Below, in pieces: positions 1-10,790 of a stretch of 64,000 nt of DNA. The DNA lies in NCBI GenBank assembly GCA_963815095.1, contig CAWFFH010000003.1, forward strand, positions 832,001-896,000, in the 5' to 3' direction. The notes beneath the pieces are model-generated. The model was not told the origin of the DNA and made no database searches. It was given only the letters and a program-made list of their open reading frames with translations. The stretch comes from Candidatus Bathyarchaeota archaeon (GTDB lineage: Archaea; Thermoproteota; Bathyarchaeia; Bathyarchaeales; Bathycorpusculaceae). Numbering within the stretch: the stretch's first letter is position 1; the number at the start of each line of letters is the position of its first letter. A program made the position numbers and the translations under genes.

Positions 1-1
1 T

Positions 2-385
2 CTAGCCTTCTTTAGCGTGTTGTTTTACAATTTTATTTACAGTTGGCTCTACTTAGTTTTCTTAGCCTTCATGATTTATGCGGTTACGCGTCGGATAGGC
101 TGCAGTAATTGCTACATGTGCAAGGCGTGCACGAGCGGTTTTGGCAGATTAGCAGGGGCTTTTTTTGGAAAAGGGTTCGTTAAGAAGGAAAGTGTCGGCA
201 ACAGAATCGGATTAGTGGCTTTTGTCTACTTTTTGTTGTTGCCTCTTCCAATTGCCTTGTTGTCTGTTTCGATTTTAGGCTCATTTTCATACCTTAAAGT
301 GTTGGTGATGGTTTGCCTTTTAGCGGTAGCGGTTTACAGTTTAAGCAGTTGGTTCAACAGTCCAACAGCACCCAAAAAGTTATGA
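2..385 (+). CDS. Hypothetical membrane protein with CxxCxxCxxC motif (5'-truncated by window edge)
   Basis: Frame open from position 2; hydrophobic segments; GCSNCYMCKAC cluster. Confidence 0.6.
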   Translation, partial: LAFFSVLFYNFIYSWLYLVFLAFMIYAVTRRIGCSNCYMCKACTSGFGRLAGAFFGKGFVKKESVGNRIGLVAFVYFLLLPLPIALLSVSILGSFSYLKVLVMVCLLAVAVYSLSSWFNSPTAPKKL

Positions 386-435
386 TTTGGGGCAAATTTT
401 AAACGGTAGACCCAGAACAGTTACCTATCATCGAA

Positions 436-1578
436 ATGGTTAAAATGGGCAAACTTTCGCTTAAACAAAGACCAATCAGACTGTTAATTATTCTTATTTT
501 AGCTCTTATCATATCTGCTCCCATTGTTTTTCCTCACCAAGTCGCTGCGCAAACCAGTGGGTACTATAATAGATCATTTTCGTGGGATTATGACGGAAAA
601 CATTGGGATTGGAACCTTAGCATTCCACAAAATCCATACGACGCCTACAAGGCGGTTCCAGATTCCACTCGAACACGCGATGGACCCCCAGGTTACGACC
701 TTATGGTCACGACTCAAGATACCTATGTACAAAACCTTGCTGAAAGGCTGAATGCAACCACATCACAACTCGGATATAATTCATACGATCAAGCAAACTT
801 TGTTTTAGCTTTTGTCCAAAGTATTCCTTACAACTCAGATCTTAACACAACCGGGCATGAAGAGTACCCTCGATTTCCAATTGAAACTTTAGTGGATCAA
901 ACTGGAGATTGCGACTGCAAAGCCATACTTTACGTCACATTAATCCTTACGCTAGGCGACGGAGCAGTTTTCATTAATCCAACAGACCATCTAGCTGTCG
1001 GCATATTGGGAAATAACCTTCATGGTACCTACTGGACCCACAACAATCAAACATACTACTATGCTGAAACCACCGGAATAGGATTCACAATTGGACAGTT
1101 GCCTGACGAATTCCAAGGGCAAACCGCTTTTATCTATGATATCGATGAAAGCAAACAATATGTTCCAACTATTGCGGTATCATCACCCGGAGAATCATCT
1201 TTAACCAGTGGACAAAGCATTTCAACGTCGCCTAGGCAAACTTCGGCGCCATTGGGACCCAACACAACCAGCTCGATTTCTCCTAATATCTCTGGACCAA
1301 GCATTCAACCAGTTATGCCACTATCAGTCAACTTAATCGCAAAAGACCCAATCTTGTTCATAGTTATCATATTCGCAATTGTAGTTTCAGTCACTCTTTC
1401 AGTTTGGTCAGTTCGAAGACCAAAGCATCTATCTGTCGAATCCCCCACAATTTCTGAAACGAGCAGTTCACAATCAGATACTCCCATTTTAGAAAGTAAC
1501 AAGTTCTGCATCTTTTGTGGTTCAAACAACAAAGCAATCGCTGCATACTGCGAGAAATGCGGCCAAAAAGTAGCATAA
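436..1578 (+). CDS. Membrane-anchored transglutaminase-like (Cys-protease fold) protein with C-terminal zinc ribbon
   Basis: Signal peptide; YPRFPIETL..GDCDCKAIL, DHLAVGI and YYYAETT motifs; S/T/P linker; TM helix; FCIFCG..YCEKCG. Confidence 0.7.
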   Translation: MVKMGKLSLKQRPIRLLIILILALIISAPIVFPHQVAAQTSGYYNRSFSWDYDGKHWDWNLSIPQNPYDAYKAVPDSTRTRDGPPGYDLMVTTQDTYVQNLAERLNATTSQLGYNSYDQANFVLAFVQSIPYNSDLNTTGHEEYPRFPIETLVDQTGDCDCKAILYVTLILTLGDGAVFINPTDHLAVGILGNNLHGTYWTHNNQTYYYAETTGIGFTIGQLPDEFQGQTAFIYDIDESKQYVPTIAVSSPGESSLTSGQSISTSPRQTSAPLGPNTTSSISPNISGPSIQPVMPLSVNLIAKDPILFIVIIFAIVVSVTLSVWSVRRPKHLSVESPTISETSSSQSDTPILESNKFCIFCGSNNKAIAAYCEKCGQKVA

Positions 1579-1663
1579 TAACGCATTTCGGATAAGCATC
1601 TTTGATTTCTAAGCTAACTGTGCGTTGTAGCCGCGAACACCCAGTCCCGTAAGCAAATGGTTG

Positions 1664-2323
1664 TTATTGTGGTTTTTCGTCGTTTTTATAAAGTCGCTTT
1701 TGATATTGTGATGATTTGAATTTTAAACCTCTGACTGGCTGACGTGGCATAGCGCGTTGTCGTTCGAGGTTCTTAATTCTTGCATAAAGTTTGGAAACTT
1801 TGGTATTCGATGGAATCCTGGACCTTGGTCCATGAACTGGCACTGGAGTGAACGGTTGGGTGATCTCCAGTTTTTTCTGTTTGGATTTCTTGAATGCCAC
1901 GTTGCGAACTTTCTTGAAGGTTGCGTAACCTTCTTTGAAGTTAACCTCTTGGACTTCCCAGCCTGCATCCAACCAAGCCTTTGCATGAAGGCTCGAAGAC
2001 GTATTGCTCCACCATGTTTGATCTCGATAAGCAGCCATAGGAAGGTTGCTACCGATTAATCCGTCAATACGAGCAAACGTTAGTTTTACGGTATCTGTGA
2101 ATGCAGCTCTAAACTTTAGGTGCCCTTCAAGTCCAGCCCACATTGAAACAGTCCTTGGCGAAACCACCCGTCTAGCGCAATGAAGACAAAGCATCGCATT
2201 TGAGTCGCCGGTTGCAACATCAGGGGTCATACAATCTCGGCAAAACATCTTCTTGCAACGTTGACACTGCCGCATATACGTTGTGCGCATAACTCTGCCG
2301 CAGATTCCGCATTCATCCTTCAT
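1664..2323 (-). CDS. Zinc-finger protein with LTF..I..LP..WWSN..AWLDAGW domain and basic tail
   Basis: Four CxxC pairs at N-terminus; conserved-looking central domain; K/R-rich C-terminus. Confidence 0.6.
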   Translation of the reverse strand: MKDECGICGRVMRTTYMRQCQRCKKMFCRDCMTPDVATGDSNAMLCLHCARRVVSPRTVSMWAGLEGHLKFRAAFTDTVKLTFARIDGLIGSNLPMAAYRDQTWWSNTSSSLHAKAWLDAGWEVQEVNFKEGYATFKKVRNVAFKKSKQKKLEITQPFTPVPVHGPRSRIPSNTKVSKLYARIKNLERQRAMPRQPVRGLKFKSSQYQKRLYKNDEKPQ

Positions 2324-2383
2324 CGATGAGACACCCTAAAGCGAAACAAGATTGCTTAAATGAAGAATAGTTTTTAGAAGATA

Positions 2384-3925
2384 TTAATTTTCACTCGTTA
2401 AAGCATTATTTTCGTCTTTTAAACCATTGTTTTTTGATATTAACTGTTTTAGGGTGCCTTTGATTTCTTCCCATATTAATCTAAGAAGCTCTCTGGCTTG
2501 GGCATCAATGACAAGCAACATGGCTAGGTAGAGTGCAAAACCCCCAATGGCTTTTGCTACTGTAGAAAGTAGTGTTGAGGTGGTTGGAAGAAGGAAAAGT
2601 ACAATTCCCATAAGTAATGCCGCCAAAATGTATTTGGCTATGCTTTTCCAAGCTACAGAAATCTTAACGGAGTGACGCATAAAATAATAAAGTCCAAGCA
2701 AAGTTGAAATGTGGACAATCATAAGTATCACCACAACATCCACTGTTGCTTGTACTGGGTTAGCCACCGGCAAACTTGTCAAAACGAAATATGTCAATGA
2801 AATAGCAATTGCAGCTTGAATATAGGGAATACTTAAAACTTTAAAGATTTTACTGCGGATAAGTTTGCGGAATACGATTTTTCCTTCAGCGTCGAATGCT
2901 TCTACACCCATTAGACAACTGGTATAAAATGTGTAGACGATAACAATTAATGTATCAACCGTTAATGCGACGAGAACTGGCCAAGCAACACTGTAGGAGA
3001 TTTTTAGAATGGTTAGAAATGACATGGACATAGCCATAGTTATGGTTGCGAAAGGAATGGCTAACATCATTACTGTTCTAAACGAAACACCTACTTGTTC
3101 ATCATTGCAGGTTTTGGCTAAAAGTTTAGGATACAATGCAAATGCCAAAGAATTCGCGTAACTAATTATTACCGTGAAAGTGAGGGCTGCTTGATAGTAA
3201 GCCCTGGCTCCTGAGCCACCGTATAAGAAAAGCAAGATAAAAACAGTGGACATCAATTGTCCACCTATGGCGTTATAGGCAATTGCAGGAGACCCCTTCA
3301 GCCACTCTTTAAGATAACCCCAATGTATTTTTTGTTTAAAGTAGCTCCGTAAAAGATACCCATAAAAAAATACTTGAACCACACAAGAAACAACTAACCC
3401 CAATATGGCGCCAAGGAACAATAGCTTAAAACCCAAAATCAAAACTAAAGCGACAGATACCTTGACTATTTCCTCAATCATCAAACCGTACCCAACGAAT
3501 TGAGGCTTAATACACTGCAGAATGCTTTCGAAAATTGTGATTGAGTAAAAAGTCAAAATATAGAAACCTGCGATAAGATAAATTACCAAGTAACTACTGG
3601 TTCCAATACTTCTCGAAATCAAAACAATAACGGGAAAATAAATTAATGTCGAAGCAAGAGCAATCGTCAACTGTGCTTAAACGCTGGTTTTAACTGCGCC
3701 TTCTTTGCCTCTAGCCACAAATCTGGTTGCCCAGAAGGGCAACACAGGGTTAAAGAGTAAGAAATAACCTGTGTAATCAAAAATATTTGTCCAAATATTA
3801 AACTGGTCAGTACTCATGTTTCTTGTTAAAAGAAGCGTAAAAACAAGCCCAGTGATTAAGCTCAGCACTTGTGTGGTAAACACTATAAATCCGCTGTACC
3901 GGAGCCTAACTTGGTTCGAACTCAA
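2384..3925 (-). pseudogene. Polysaccharide/oligosaccharide flippase (MOP/Wzx-like) interrupted by an in-frame TAA
   Basis: ORFs 3677..3925 and 2384..3670 are in the same frame (GAVKTSV*AQLTIALAS); multi-TM protein. Confidence 0.7.
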
Positions 3926-4064
3926 ACGCTTATTCCTGCTGCGTTGAATTAGTTTTCCATTATGCTTTGTTCAACCGTTAAATATAGAATTACCCAAATC
4001 AAACCCAACTGAAAAAAGGGGGAAATCCTAAAATCCTCTTCTATTTGGCTAAAAAAGTGGCATT

Positions 4065-5543
4065 TTATCCTTTTACGACTGCCAACGGAACAAGCCTTGC
4101 AACTTTAGTAGCTATCCCAACTTTGTCGCTTACATCCGCTACTATGTCAACGTTCTTGTATGCTGAATCGGCTTCTTCAGCCAGAACTGACGCACTTGCT
4201 GCACGAACCACGATGCCGCGTTTCTCCAAAGCAGACTTTATATCTCCGCCCCAATATTGACGTTTTGCGGCTGAACGACTCATCATCCTGCCTGCACCGT
4301 GCGCTGTAGAACCGAATGTTAAATCCATCGCTTTCTGCGAACCCACCAGAATCCACGAGCTTGTACCCATACTGCCTGGAATAAGCACTGGTTGCCCTTC
4401 GCTGCGGTAGTCGTCTGGAACATCTGGGTGTCCTGCTGGGAAAGCGCGTGTTGCTCCCTTGCGGTGAACCCAAACCTTCTTTTGAATTCCGTCAATGTTG
4501 TGGGTTTCTGCTTTCGCTATGTTGTGGGCAACGTCGTAGACAAGGTTTAAGCCGAATTTTTCGGGGTCTTGGCCGTAGACTTGCTGGAAACTCTGGCGGA
4601 CCCAATGCATAATCGCCTGTCGATTGGCAAAGGCGTAGTTGACTGCGCAAGCCATCGCCTCAATGTAGTCTTTGGCTTCATTGCTGTTTCCGGGCGCGCA
4701 AGCTAATTCGCGGTCAGGTAAAACGATTTTGTATTTTTGTACGGCGTGCTCCATAACGCGGAGGTAATCTGAGCACACTTGGTGGCCATAACCTCTTGAG
4801 CCACAGTGAATCATAACCGTAACTTGACCCTCATGGGTAATTCCGAAAGCTTTGGCGGTTTTTTGGTTGATGATTTTGTCTACTTTTTGAATTTCGAGGA
4901 AATGGTTTCCTGAGCCTAATGTGCCGATTTGGGTTAAGCCACGGTTTTTCGCGGTGTTAGAAACCTTGTCTGGGTTGGCGTTTTTCATTTGTCCATTTTC
5001 TTCGCAGTGCTTTGCGTCTTCAGACCAGCCTAAACCGCGGTCGATTAGCCATTGTACGCCTTCGGTAACGAGTTTTTCTAGGTCGCTATTGGATATGGTG
5101 AAGTCTTTTCGTTTGCTACCAAGACCTGAGGGAACGTTGCGGAAAATAGCTTCTGCTAAGGGTGCAAGTTTAGGGCGGATATCTTTTTCCGAGAGATTTG
5201 TTGATAGGAGGCGGACACCGCAGTTGATGTCATAGCCGACTCCACCTGGACTTATTACGCCGTTTTCGTAGTCGGTTGCTGCTACTCCGCCAATAGGGAA
5301 CCCGTAACCTTCGTGTCCATCTGGAAGTGTAATTGCATGCTTGTAGATGCCGGGCAACTGGGCAACATTTGAGCATTGCCACAGTGTGCGGTCGGTCTGC
5401 ATCTTCTCGAGTAGCTCTTGATTAGCAAAAATCATGCCTGGAACACGCATCTCTGGCTTGTACTTAGGAATCTGCCACATGTAATCGTTAATTTTTTCTA
5501 AGGGAACTCGCTCTGGAGTGGCTCTGCTTTCATTTTCGCCCAA
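4065..5543 (-). CDS. rtcB: RtcB RNA/tRNA-splicing ligase
   Basis: LPDGHEGYGFPIGG, GVGYDINCGVR, GTLGSGNHFLE, HRKGAT, PGSMG, HGAGR motifs. Confidence 0.97.
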   Translation of the reverse strand: MGENESRATPERVPLEKINDYMWQIPKYKPEMRVPGMIFANQELLEKMQTDRTLWQCSNVAQLPGIYKHAITLPDGHEGYGFPIGGVAATDYENGVISPGGVGYDINCGVRLLSTNLSEKDIRPKLAPLAEAIFRNVPSGLGSKRKDFTISNSDLEKLVTEGVQWLIDRGLGWSEDAKHCEENGQMKNANPDKVSNTAKNRGLTQIGTLGSGNHFLEIQKVDKIINQKTAKAFGITHEGQVTVMIHCGSRGYGHQVCSDYLRVMEHAVQKYKIVLPDRELACAPGNSNEAKDYIEAMACAVNYAFANRQAIMHWVRQSFQQVYGQDPEKFGLNLVYDVAHNIAKAETHNIDGIQKKVWVHRKGATRAFPAGHPDVPDDYRSEGQPVLIPGSMGTSSWILVGSQKAMDLTFGSTAHGAGRMMSRSAAKRQYWGGDIKSALEKRGIVVRAASASVLAEEADSAYKNVDIVADVSDKVGIATKVARLVPLAVVKG

Positions 5544-5589
5544 AAATCTTCACCTTTCACAACAAAGGATGAAGGAGACTATAAAATGT

Positions 5590-6501
5590 TTATGAACTTT
5601 GCTTTTGTTTGGCGTATCCAATGAAGCCTAATATGCAATTTTCCAGCATAGTCTTCGAGTAGATTCGATTTGACCTAACAAAGTCGGCGATTTGATTCAT
5701 CGCTTTATCTTCAGTAATGATTCGGTCGCGAATCTGTTCTAAACTTTGGTTTTTCCTCACTCCGTCCAAGGCTATGTCTGCCCATAGGTTTAGCTGAACT
5801 TTGTATTCTCTTAGGCGTTTCAATGCATCGTTTGCTTTTCCGAAATGGCTAAAATAGAGCACAGTTGGTTTTAGGCTAATCAGTTTGTCTAAAGAAGCCA
5901 ACGCTGCATCTAAATAGAATGGGGGTGGTGTGGTTGGAACAACAACATCAAATTCAGGAAGATATGTCCCCGCTGCGTCACCAGGAAAAACGCCGTCATT
6001 AAAAGATTCTTGGAAACTCAAGTTATGCGAAGCATGACCAACCGTTTCGGTTACGATTAATTTTTCTCCGGAGCCTAAATCAAAGGAGCCTTCAGTAAGA
6101 GGGATTACTCTATCTTTTGGGACAGGCTCGGGCTTGCCAAAGATTTCGCTCACAAACCCCAAAACTTTTTGTGATGAAGGCCACAGGCGTTCGGGGTCAA
6201 TGAGGTGCGGCATACCTCTCGGATGCACTATGACTTTCGCGTTTGGCAAAGCTTTTAGTAACGTGCCAGCGCCGCCACCGTGGTCAAGGTGCACATGAGT
6301 GACAGCAACATATTCTACATCCTCAAACTTTACATCAAGCTCCTTTAAGCCAGAGAGCAGATTCGGGATGGAATTAGTCGGACCCGCTTCTATAAGAACG
6401 GTCTTTTTGCCTTTGAGAACGTAGCTACATATGAGGTTTCTGAAGCCCCCCGTCTCCAGTTCCACCATGAACAGGTTTTCCTCAACTTCTTTAGTACGCA
6501 C
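5590..6501 (-). CDS. MBL-fold metallo-hydrolase
   Basis: THVHLDHGGG, GHASH, PGDAAG; probable GTG start at 6501 after AGGTG. Confidence 0.9.
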   Translation of the reverse strand: MRTKEVEENLFMVELETGGFRNLICSYVLKGKKTVLIEAGPTNSIPNLLSGLKELDVKFEDVEYVAVTHVHLDHGGGAGTLLKALPNAKVIVHPRGMPHLIDPERLWPSSQKVLGFVSEIFGKPEPVPKDRVIPLTEGSFDLGSGEKLIVTETVGHASHNLSFQESFNDGVFPGDAAGTYLPEFDVVVPTTPPPFYLDAALASLDKLISLKPTVLYFSHFGKANDALKRLREYKVQLNLWADIALDGVRKNQSLEQIRDRIITEDKAMNQIADFVRSNRIYSKTMLENCILGFIGYAKQKQSS

Positions 6502-6620
6502 GGTCTGCACCTTTACCTTGTGTTTAAGGGTTTTGTGGCATAAATATTTCCTTGAAAATCGGGCAGGCATAAAATTTAATTATACATTGCTATTGTATGA
6601 AAAGACAATAGGCGAAATCT

Positions 6621-7277
6621 ATGTTGAAAGCGATTATCTTTGGAGCGCCAGGCGCAGGAAAAGGCACATACGCCTCAAGACTCCAAGCCAAACTTGGGGT
6701 TGACGTCATTTCGATGGGAGATATTTTCCGTGAACTTGTTAAAGAAAAATCTGAACTTAGTAGCAAAGTTAAAAGTTACATGGACAAAGGCTCCTTGGTT
6801 CCTGACGACGTTGTTGTTGAAGTTTTAAAGGCTCACTTGGCTAAAATTTCTAAAGGAAAAGGCTTCATCCTGGATGGGTACCCTCGCACTCTTGATCAAG
6901 CAAAAAAACTTGACGGCATAACAAAAATTGATGTCATCATGCAATTGAATGTTCCCGATTGGATAATCATCGAACGCTTGTCAACTCGGCGAATCTGCAA
7001 AAACTGCGGAACAGTTTACAACGTAAAATTCCTAAAACCCAAAGTTGAAGGCGTTTGCGACAAATGCGACGGACCACTCTACCAACGTTCAGACGACAAC
7101 CCTGAAACTATCAAGAACCGACTTAAAGTATACCAAGAGCAAACAACCCCGCTGATTGCATTCTACAAAGAAAAGAATGTTCCATTCATAGAACTTGAAA
7201 CAAAAACCTTAGACCAACCACCGGAACCCATGGTTGAAAAACTGTTTTCGGAACTAAAAAGACTAAAGTTTGCTTAG
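6621..7277 (+). CDS. adk: Adenylate kinase (bacterial-type, Zn-lid)
   Basis: GAPGAGKGT, GFILDGYPR, RRICKNC..CDKC lid, QRSDD. Confidence 0.95.
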   Translation: MLKAIIFGAPGAGKGTYASRLQAKLGVDVISMGDIFRELVKEKSELSSKVKSYMDKGSLVPDDVVVEVLKAHLAKISKGKGFILDGYPRTLDQAKKLDGITKIDVIMQLNVPDWIIIERLSTRRICKNCGTVYNVKFLKPKVEGVCDKCDGPLYQRSDDNPETIKNRLKVYQEQTTPLIAFYKEKNVPFIELETKTLDQPPEPMVEKLFSELKRLKFA

Positions 7278-7735
7278 ATATCTAAGATAAACTCCAAAAT
7301 CACCCTATCCATCTCTCGAATAATTACCATGAGATGGTAAGTTATGGCTTTAACCGCGACTTTCTGTGGGTGCTTTTGAGGGTCAAATTTTTCTCCCCAA
7401 ATTTTAGCTTTTATCTTAAAGTTCTCGTTTGTCTCTTTCCAACTGGTTATTTGAAATTTTGAATAAAGCATATCTAAGGTTTCTGATTTTACCAGCAAAG
7501 CCTCCAACCAATTGTAGAGAAGCGCATAATGGTCTTCTGCTTCAACTTCAAGCGAATCTTCTTGGGCAGGAACAACCTTTTCAGTGTCTGTGATAGTTTC
7601 AAACATTGAAAGCGCAGCGTTTTCGTAAGCTTCCTGCATCGTTTTGCCGTGTGCCCGAACATAAACATCTGCCGTGTGTTCTAAAAACTCGAATTTTCCA
7701 GCGAATTTATCAGGTTTACTCATGCCTAAGACCAC
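7274..7735 (-). CDS. Archease (RtcB cofactor)
   Basis: FEFLEHTAD and VKAITYH motifs; near rtcB. Confidence 0.93.
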   Translation of the reverse strand: MVLGMSKPDKFAGKFEFLEHTADVYVRAHGKTMQEAYENAALSMFETITDTEKVVPAQEDSLEVEAEDHYALLYNWLEALLVKSETLDMLYSKFQITSWKETNENFKIKAKIWGEKFDPQKHPQKVAVKAITYHLMVIIREMDRVILEFILDI

Positions 7736-7783
7736 TTTAGAATAGAAGAAAGAGAGAATTAAAACAATTGGTAAAGAAAAAAA

Positions 7784-8827
7784 TTAAAAGTATTTAGTAG
7801 CTTTTTTGATGGCTGAGGCTGTCAGTTTAGCGGAGTTTTCGATGTCTTTTAGGCTGAGCATGCCGACGGGGCTATGGATGTATCGTGTTGCGATTGATAT
7901 GTTTCCGCATGGTATGCCTTGGCGTGTGATGGATATTCTTGCTGCGTCTGTGCTGCCAAGTAAGCCTGATTCGAGTTGGAAGGGAATTTTTTCTTCTTCC
8001 GCCGTTTCGATGAGCCACCTCAAAACCTTCGGGTGTGTAATCAAGCCGGAGTCGGAAATTGTGAGTGCGGGACCTTTACCCATCTTTACGCTGGTGTCGA
8101 ATTCTCTTACGCCTGGAACGTCACCTGCGATGGTTACATCTAGGGCTATTGCAAGGTCTGGGTCAACTCCAAACGCTGCTGTTGATGCACCGCGTAAACC
8201 AACTTCTTCTTGGACTGTTCCGACTGCGCACACAGTGCAATCGGTTTGCGTTAGTAGTTTTAGAGTTTCAACCATTACGATGCAGCCGGCACGATTGTCA
8301 AATGCTTTGCCCATCACTACGTCATTGCCAAGTTTGACGTATTTTATATCGAAGGCTATCGGATCGCCGACTGCCACGCCAATATTGGCTGCGGCTTCTT
8401 TGTTTTCTACGCCAACGTCAATGAAGAGATCATCATAGTTCAAGATTTTTTTGCGTTCTTCTTCTTTTTGGATGTGAGGCGGTTTGGACCCAATAATGCC
8501 TGGAAGTTGTCCTTTTTTGGTGTAAAGGGTGACTTTTTGAGCGGGTAGAATGCGGTCGTCTATGCCGCCCATTTTTGAAAATTGTATGAATCCGTCTTTT
8601 GTGATTGTTTTCACCATTAAGCCAACTTCGTCTATGTGAGCAGCTAACATGATTTTTGGTGCTTTGGCTTTGCCTTTTTTGATGGCAATTACGTTCTCCA
8701 TTTTGTCAATTTGGATTTCGTCAGCATAAGGAGTCATGAATTGAACCATCAAGTTTCTAACTTCTTCTTCTCTACCTGTCACTCCACAAGCATTGGAGAG
8801 TTTTTCGAGATTAGTATTTACAGACAA
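7784..8827 (-). CDS. M42 family (TET-like) aminopeptidase
   Basis: AAHIDEVG, KAFDNRAG, TVQEEVGLRGA, RYIHSP. Confidence 0.93.
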   Translation of the reverse strand: MSVNTNLEKLSNACGVTGREEEVRNLMVQFMTPYADEIQIDKMENVIAIKKGKAKAPKIMLAAHIDEVGLMVKTITKDGFIQFSKMGGIDDRILPAQKVTLYTKKGQLPGIIGSKPPHIQKEEERKKILNYDDLFIDVGVENKEAAANIGVAVGDPIAFDIKYVKLGNDVVMGKAFDNRAGCIVMVETLKLLTQTDCTVCAVGTVQEEVGLRGASTAAFGVDPDLAIALDVTIAGDVPGVREFDTSVKMGKGPALTISDSGLITHPKVLRWLIETAEEEKIPFQLESGLLGSTDAARISITRQGIPCGNISIATRYIHSPVGMLSLKDIENSAKLTASAIKKATKYF

Positions 8828-8994
8828 TCAGGATGCCTTCTTGATTTCAATGGTTAAAGCTCTGAGGACTTGGTTATTAAACAGTTGCGGTTTTAAGATT
8901 GTAAGTTTCGAGTTTCGTTTCTTAGTCTTCATTTAGGGTTTGGATAATTCTTAAATCGTTAAACTGTATTCACAAACAAGGTAAGGTGTAAAAA

Positions 8995-9930
8995 TTGGCA
9001 CAACAACCAAGTTATAAAACAGTTTTCGTTTTCCTAGACACTGATAAATATTGCAGTCCTTTCGACATGCTTGTAGCTATAGATGCGTTTCCAGACTCAA
9101 TGATTTTCAAATATGAAAACGTCACAGGTGAAGACGCCCCAAAAATCGTCTACGACCTTCTCTTCCCACGCGGACCTGAAGGAGCAAAACATACCAAAGT
9201 TTTCATCAACGGAAGCAACTTTGAAATGGTTGAACAAGTGGTCGCTGCAACACAGAAAGCCATGAAGTCAGCTCCATGGGGAAACAGCATCATAGTTGAC
9301 CCACGAGGCGGATACTCTACAGCTGCAGCTGCAGTGGCAAAGACCTTCGGAGCTGCAATGGAGAAAGGTTTCGGATCCTTAGAAGGCAAGAAAGTCACAG
9401 TTCTCGCAGGCACAGGACCAGTCGGGCAAACAGCAGCAAGAATCTATGCAGCAGAAAAAGCAAACGTAACCATAACAAGCCGCTCACTTGCAAAAGGCCA
9501 AGTCGTAGCAGATAAAATCAACGCTGAATGCGGCGCAGCAAGAGTCAAAGTCGTCGAAGTTACAAAACCTGAACAGACAGCTGCAGCAATTAAGGGCGCT
9601 GAAATTGTTCTCTCTGCAGGTGCAGGAGGAATCCAACTTCTCTCAGCAGCAGACCTTAACGCTTCTCCAACCTGCAGAATAGTTGCAGACATAAACGCTA
9701 TCAAACCACTCGGAGTTGAAGGTTTAACACCAAACGACGACGGTAAAGAACTCAAAGCGGGTGTATATGGCATTGGCGCTTTAGCTATTGGCAAACTTAA
9801 AATTAAAACTGAAACAGAAATGATTAAACGTGCAACTGCAGAGCCATCAGGACTCTTCGACTACGCAATCGCCTACACTATAGCTAAAGACCAAATCCTA
9901 AAGAAACTCGCAAAAGCAGCTGCCAAATAA
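8995..9930 (+). CDS. NAD(P)-dependent methylene-H4MPT/H4F dehydrogenase, MtdA/MtdB/MtdC family
   Basis: LDTDKYCSPFD, PRGPEG, DPRGGYSTAAAAV, VLAGTGPVG, ADINAIKPLG, GALAIGKLK are collinear with MtdA motifs. Confidence 0.85.
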   Translation: MAQQPSYKTVFVFLDTDKYCSPFDMLVAIDAFPDSMIFKYENVTGEDAPKIVYDLLFPRGPEGAKHTKVFINGSNFEMVEQVVAATQKAMKSAPWGNSIIVDPRGGYSTAAAAVAKTFGAAMEKGFGSLEGKKVTVLAGTGPVGQTAARIYAAEKANVTITSRSLAKGQVVADKINAECGAARVKVVEVTKPEQTAAAIKGAEIVLSAGAGGIQLLSAADLNASPTCRIVADINAIKPLGVEGLTPNDDGKELKAGVYGIGALAIGKLKIKTETEMIKRATAEPSGLFDYAIAYTIAKDQILKKLAKAAAK

Positions 9931-10179
9931 ACGCAGCTAATTTCTTATCTTTTTGTTTTCTATTATCATTTTTATCTGCTTTTTTTTAATTATTTATCCT
10001 TACACTTTTTGTTCATCTTTTGGCCCCAATTGACACTTTCTCTAAACCTGATAAAGAAGTAATTTTGACTTTTTGATCAATTAAAAACTAGAACTTGCTT
10101 GCGCAGATAAAACCCAGTTTCCAAGCATAGCAGATATAAGGAACCCTTACAATATTGACGGCACAGAAGTGTTTAGTTC

Positions 10180-10359
10180 ATGTCAGAAAAGTTGTCCTTA
10201 GTCACATGTACAAGTTGCGGAAAACCAATCCCGCCCGGCAGCGAATCCACAAAGTTCCTCTGCCCAAACTGCGGAGATATCCAAATTAAACGCGACGGAA
10301 AATGCCGCAAATTCGGACGCCTCTACAAATGCCCCAAATGTGGGTTTAGCGGACCATAA
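10180..10359 (+). CDS. Small zinc-finger protein (HVO_2753/DUF1610-like), 59 aa, absent from ORF track
   Basis: MSEKLSLVTCTSCGKPIPPGSESTKFLCPNCGDIQIKRDGKCRKFGRLYKCPKCGFSGP; typical position directly upstream of aEF-1beta. Confidence 0.9.
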   Translation: MSEKLSLVTCTSCGKPIPPGSESTKFLCPNCGDIQIKRDGKCRKFGRLYKCPKCGFSGP

Positions 10360-10373
10360 AATAGGCGAATAAA

Positions 10374-10652
10374 ATGGGCAGCGTATTAGTAACCTACAAG
10401 GTTTTTCCCGAAGACATTATGCCCAGCTTTGAGGGTCTCAAAGAGAAAATTAAAGCTATTCTCCCTGAATTTGCAGCAATTGAGGGATACGGTGAAGAAC
10501 CTGTAGCTTTTGGGCTAGTAGCACTTTTAGTTCAAATAAGATATCCTGAAGATAAATCAGGTTTGGTCGATGAATTCGAAGAAAAACTCGCAAAAATTCC
10601 TGGTGTAAGCCAAGCTCAAACGTTCCAAATTCGCAGAACCAGCCGCGATTAA
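10374..10652 (+). CDS. ef1b: Archaeal elongation factor 1-beta
   Basis: YKVFPED, EEPVAFGLVAL, IPGVSQ. Confidence 0.9.
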   Translation: MGSVLVTYKVFPEDIMPSFEGLKEKIKAILPEFAAIEGYGEEPVAFGLVALLVQIRYPEDKSGLVDEFEEKLAKIPGVSQAQTFQIRRTSRD

Positions 10653-10790
10653 GCTACAAACCTCCTAAAACATCTCTTTATTTAAGCTCGAGCGCTTTTG
10701 CGCTTACAATTTAAAGTTTATATAGGAATAACTGCTTTTTCAAACACACATCCCAAAAAGGTACCTCAGATTATTTAGGAGAAATTTTAC

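Noticed and set aside
4065-7735. rtcB-archease clustering as a novel system
   Set aside because: Well-established functional pair
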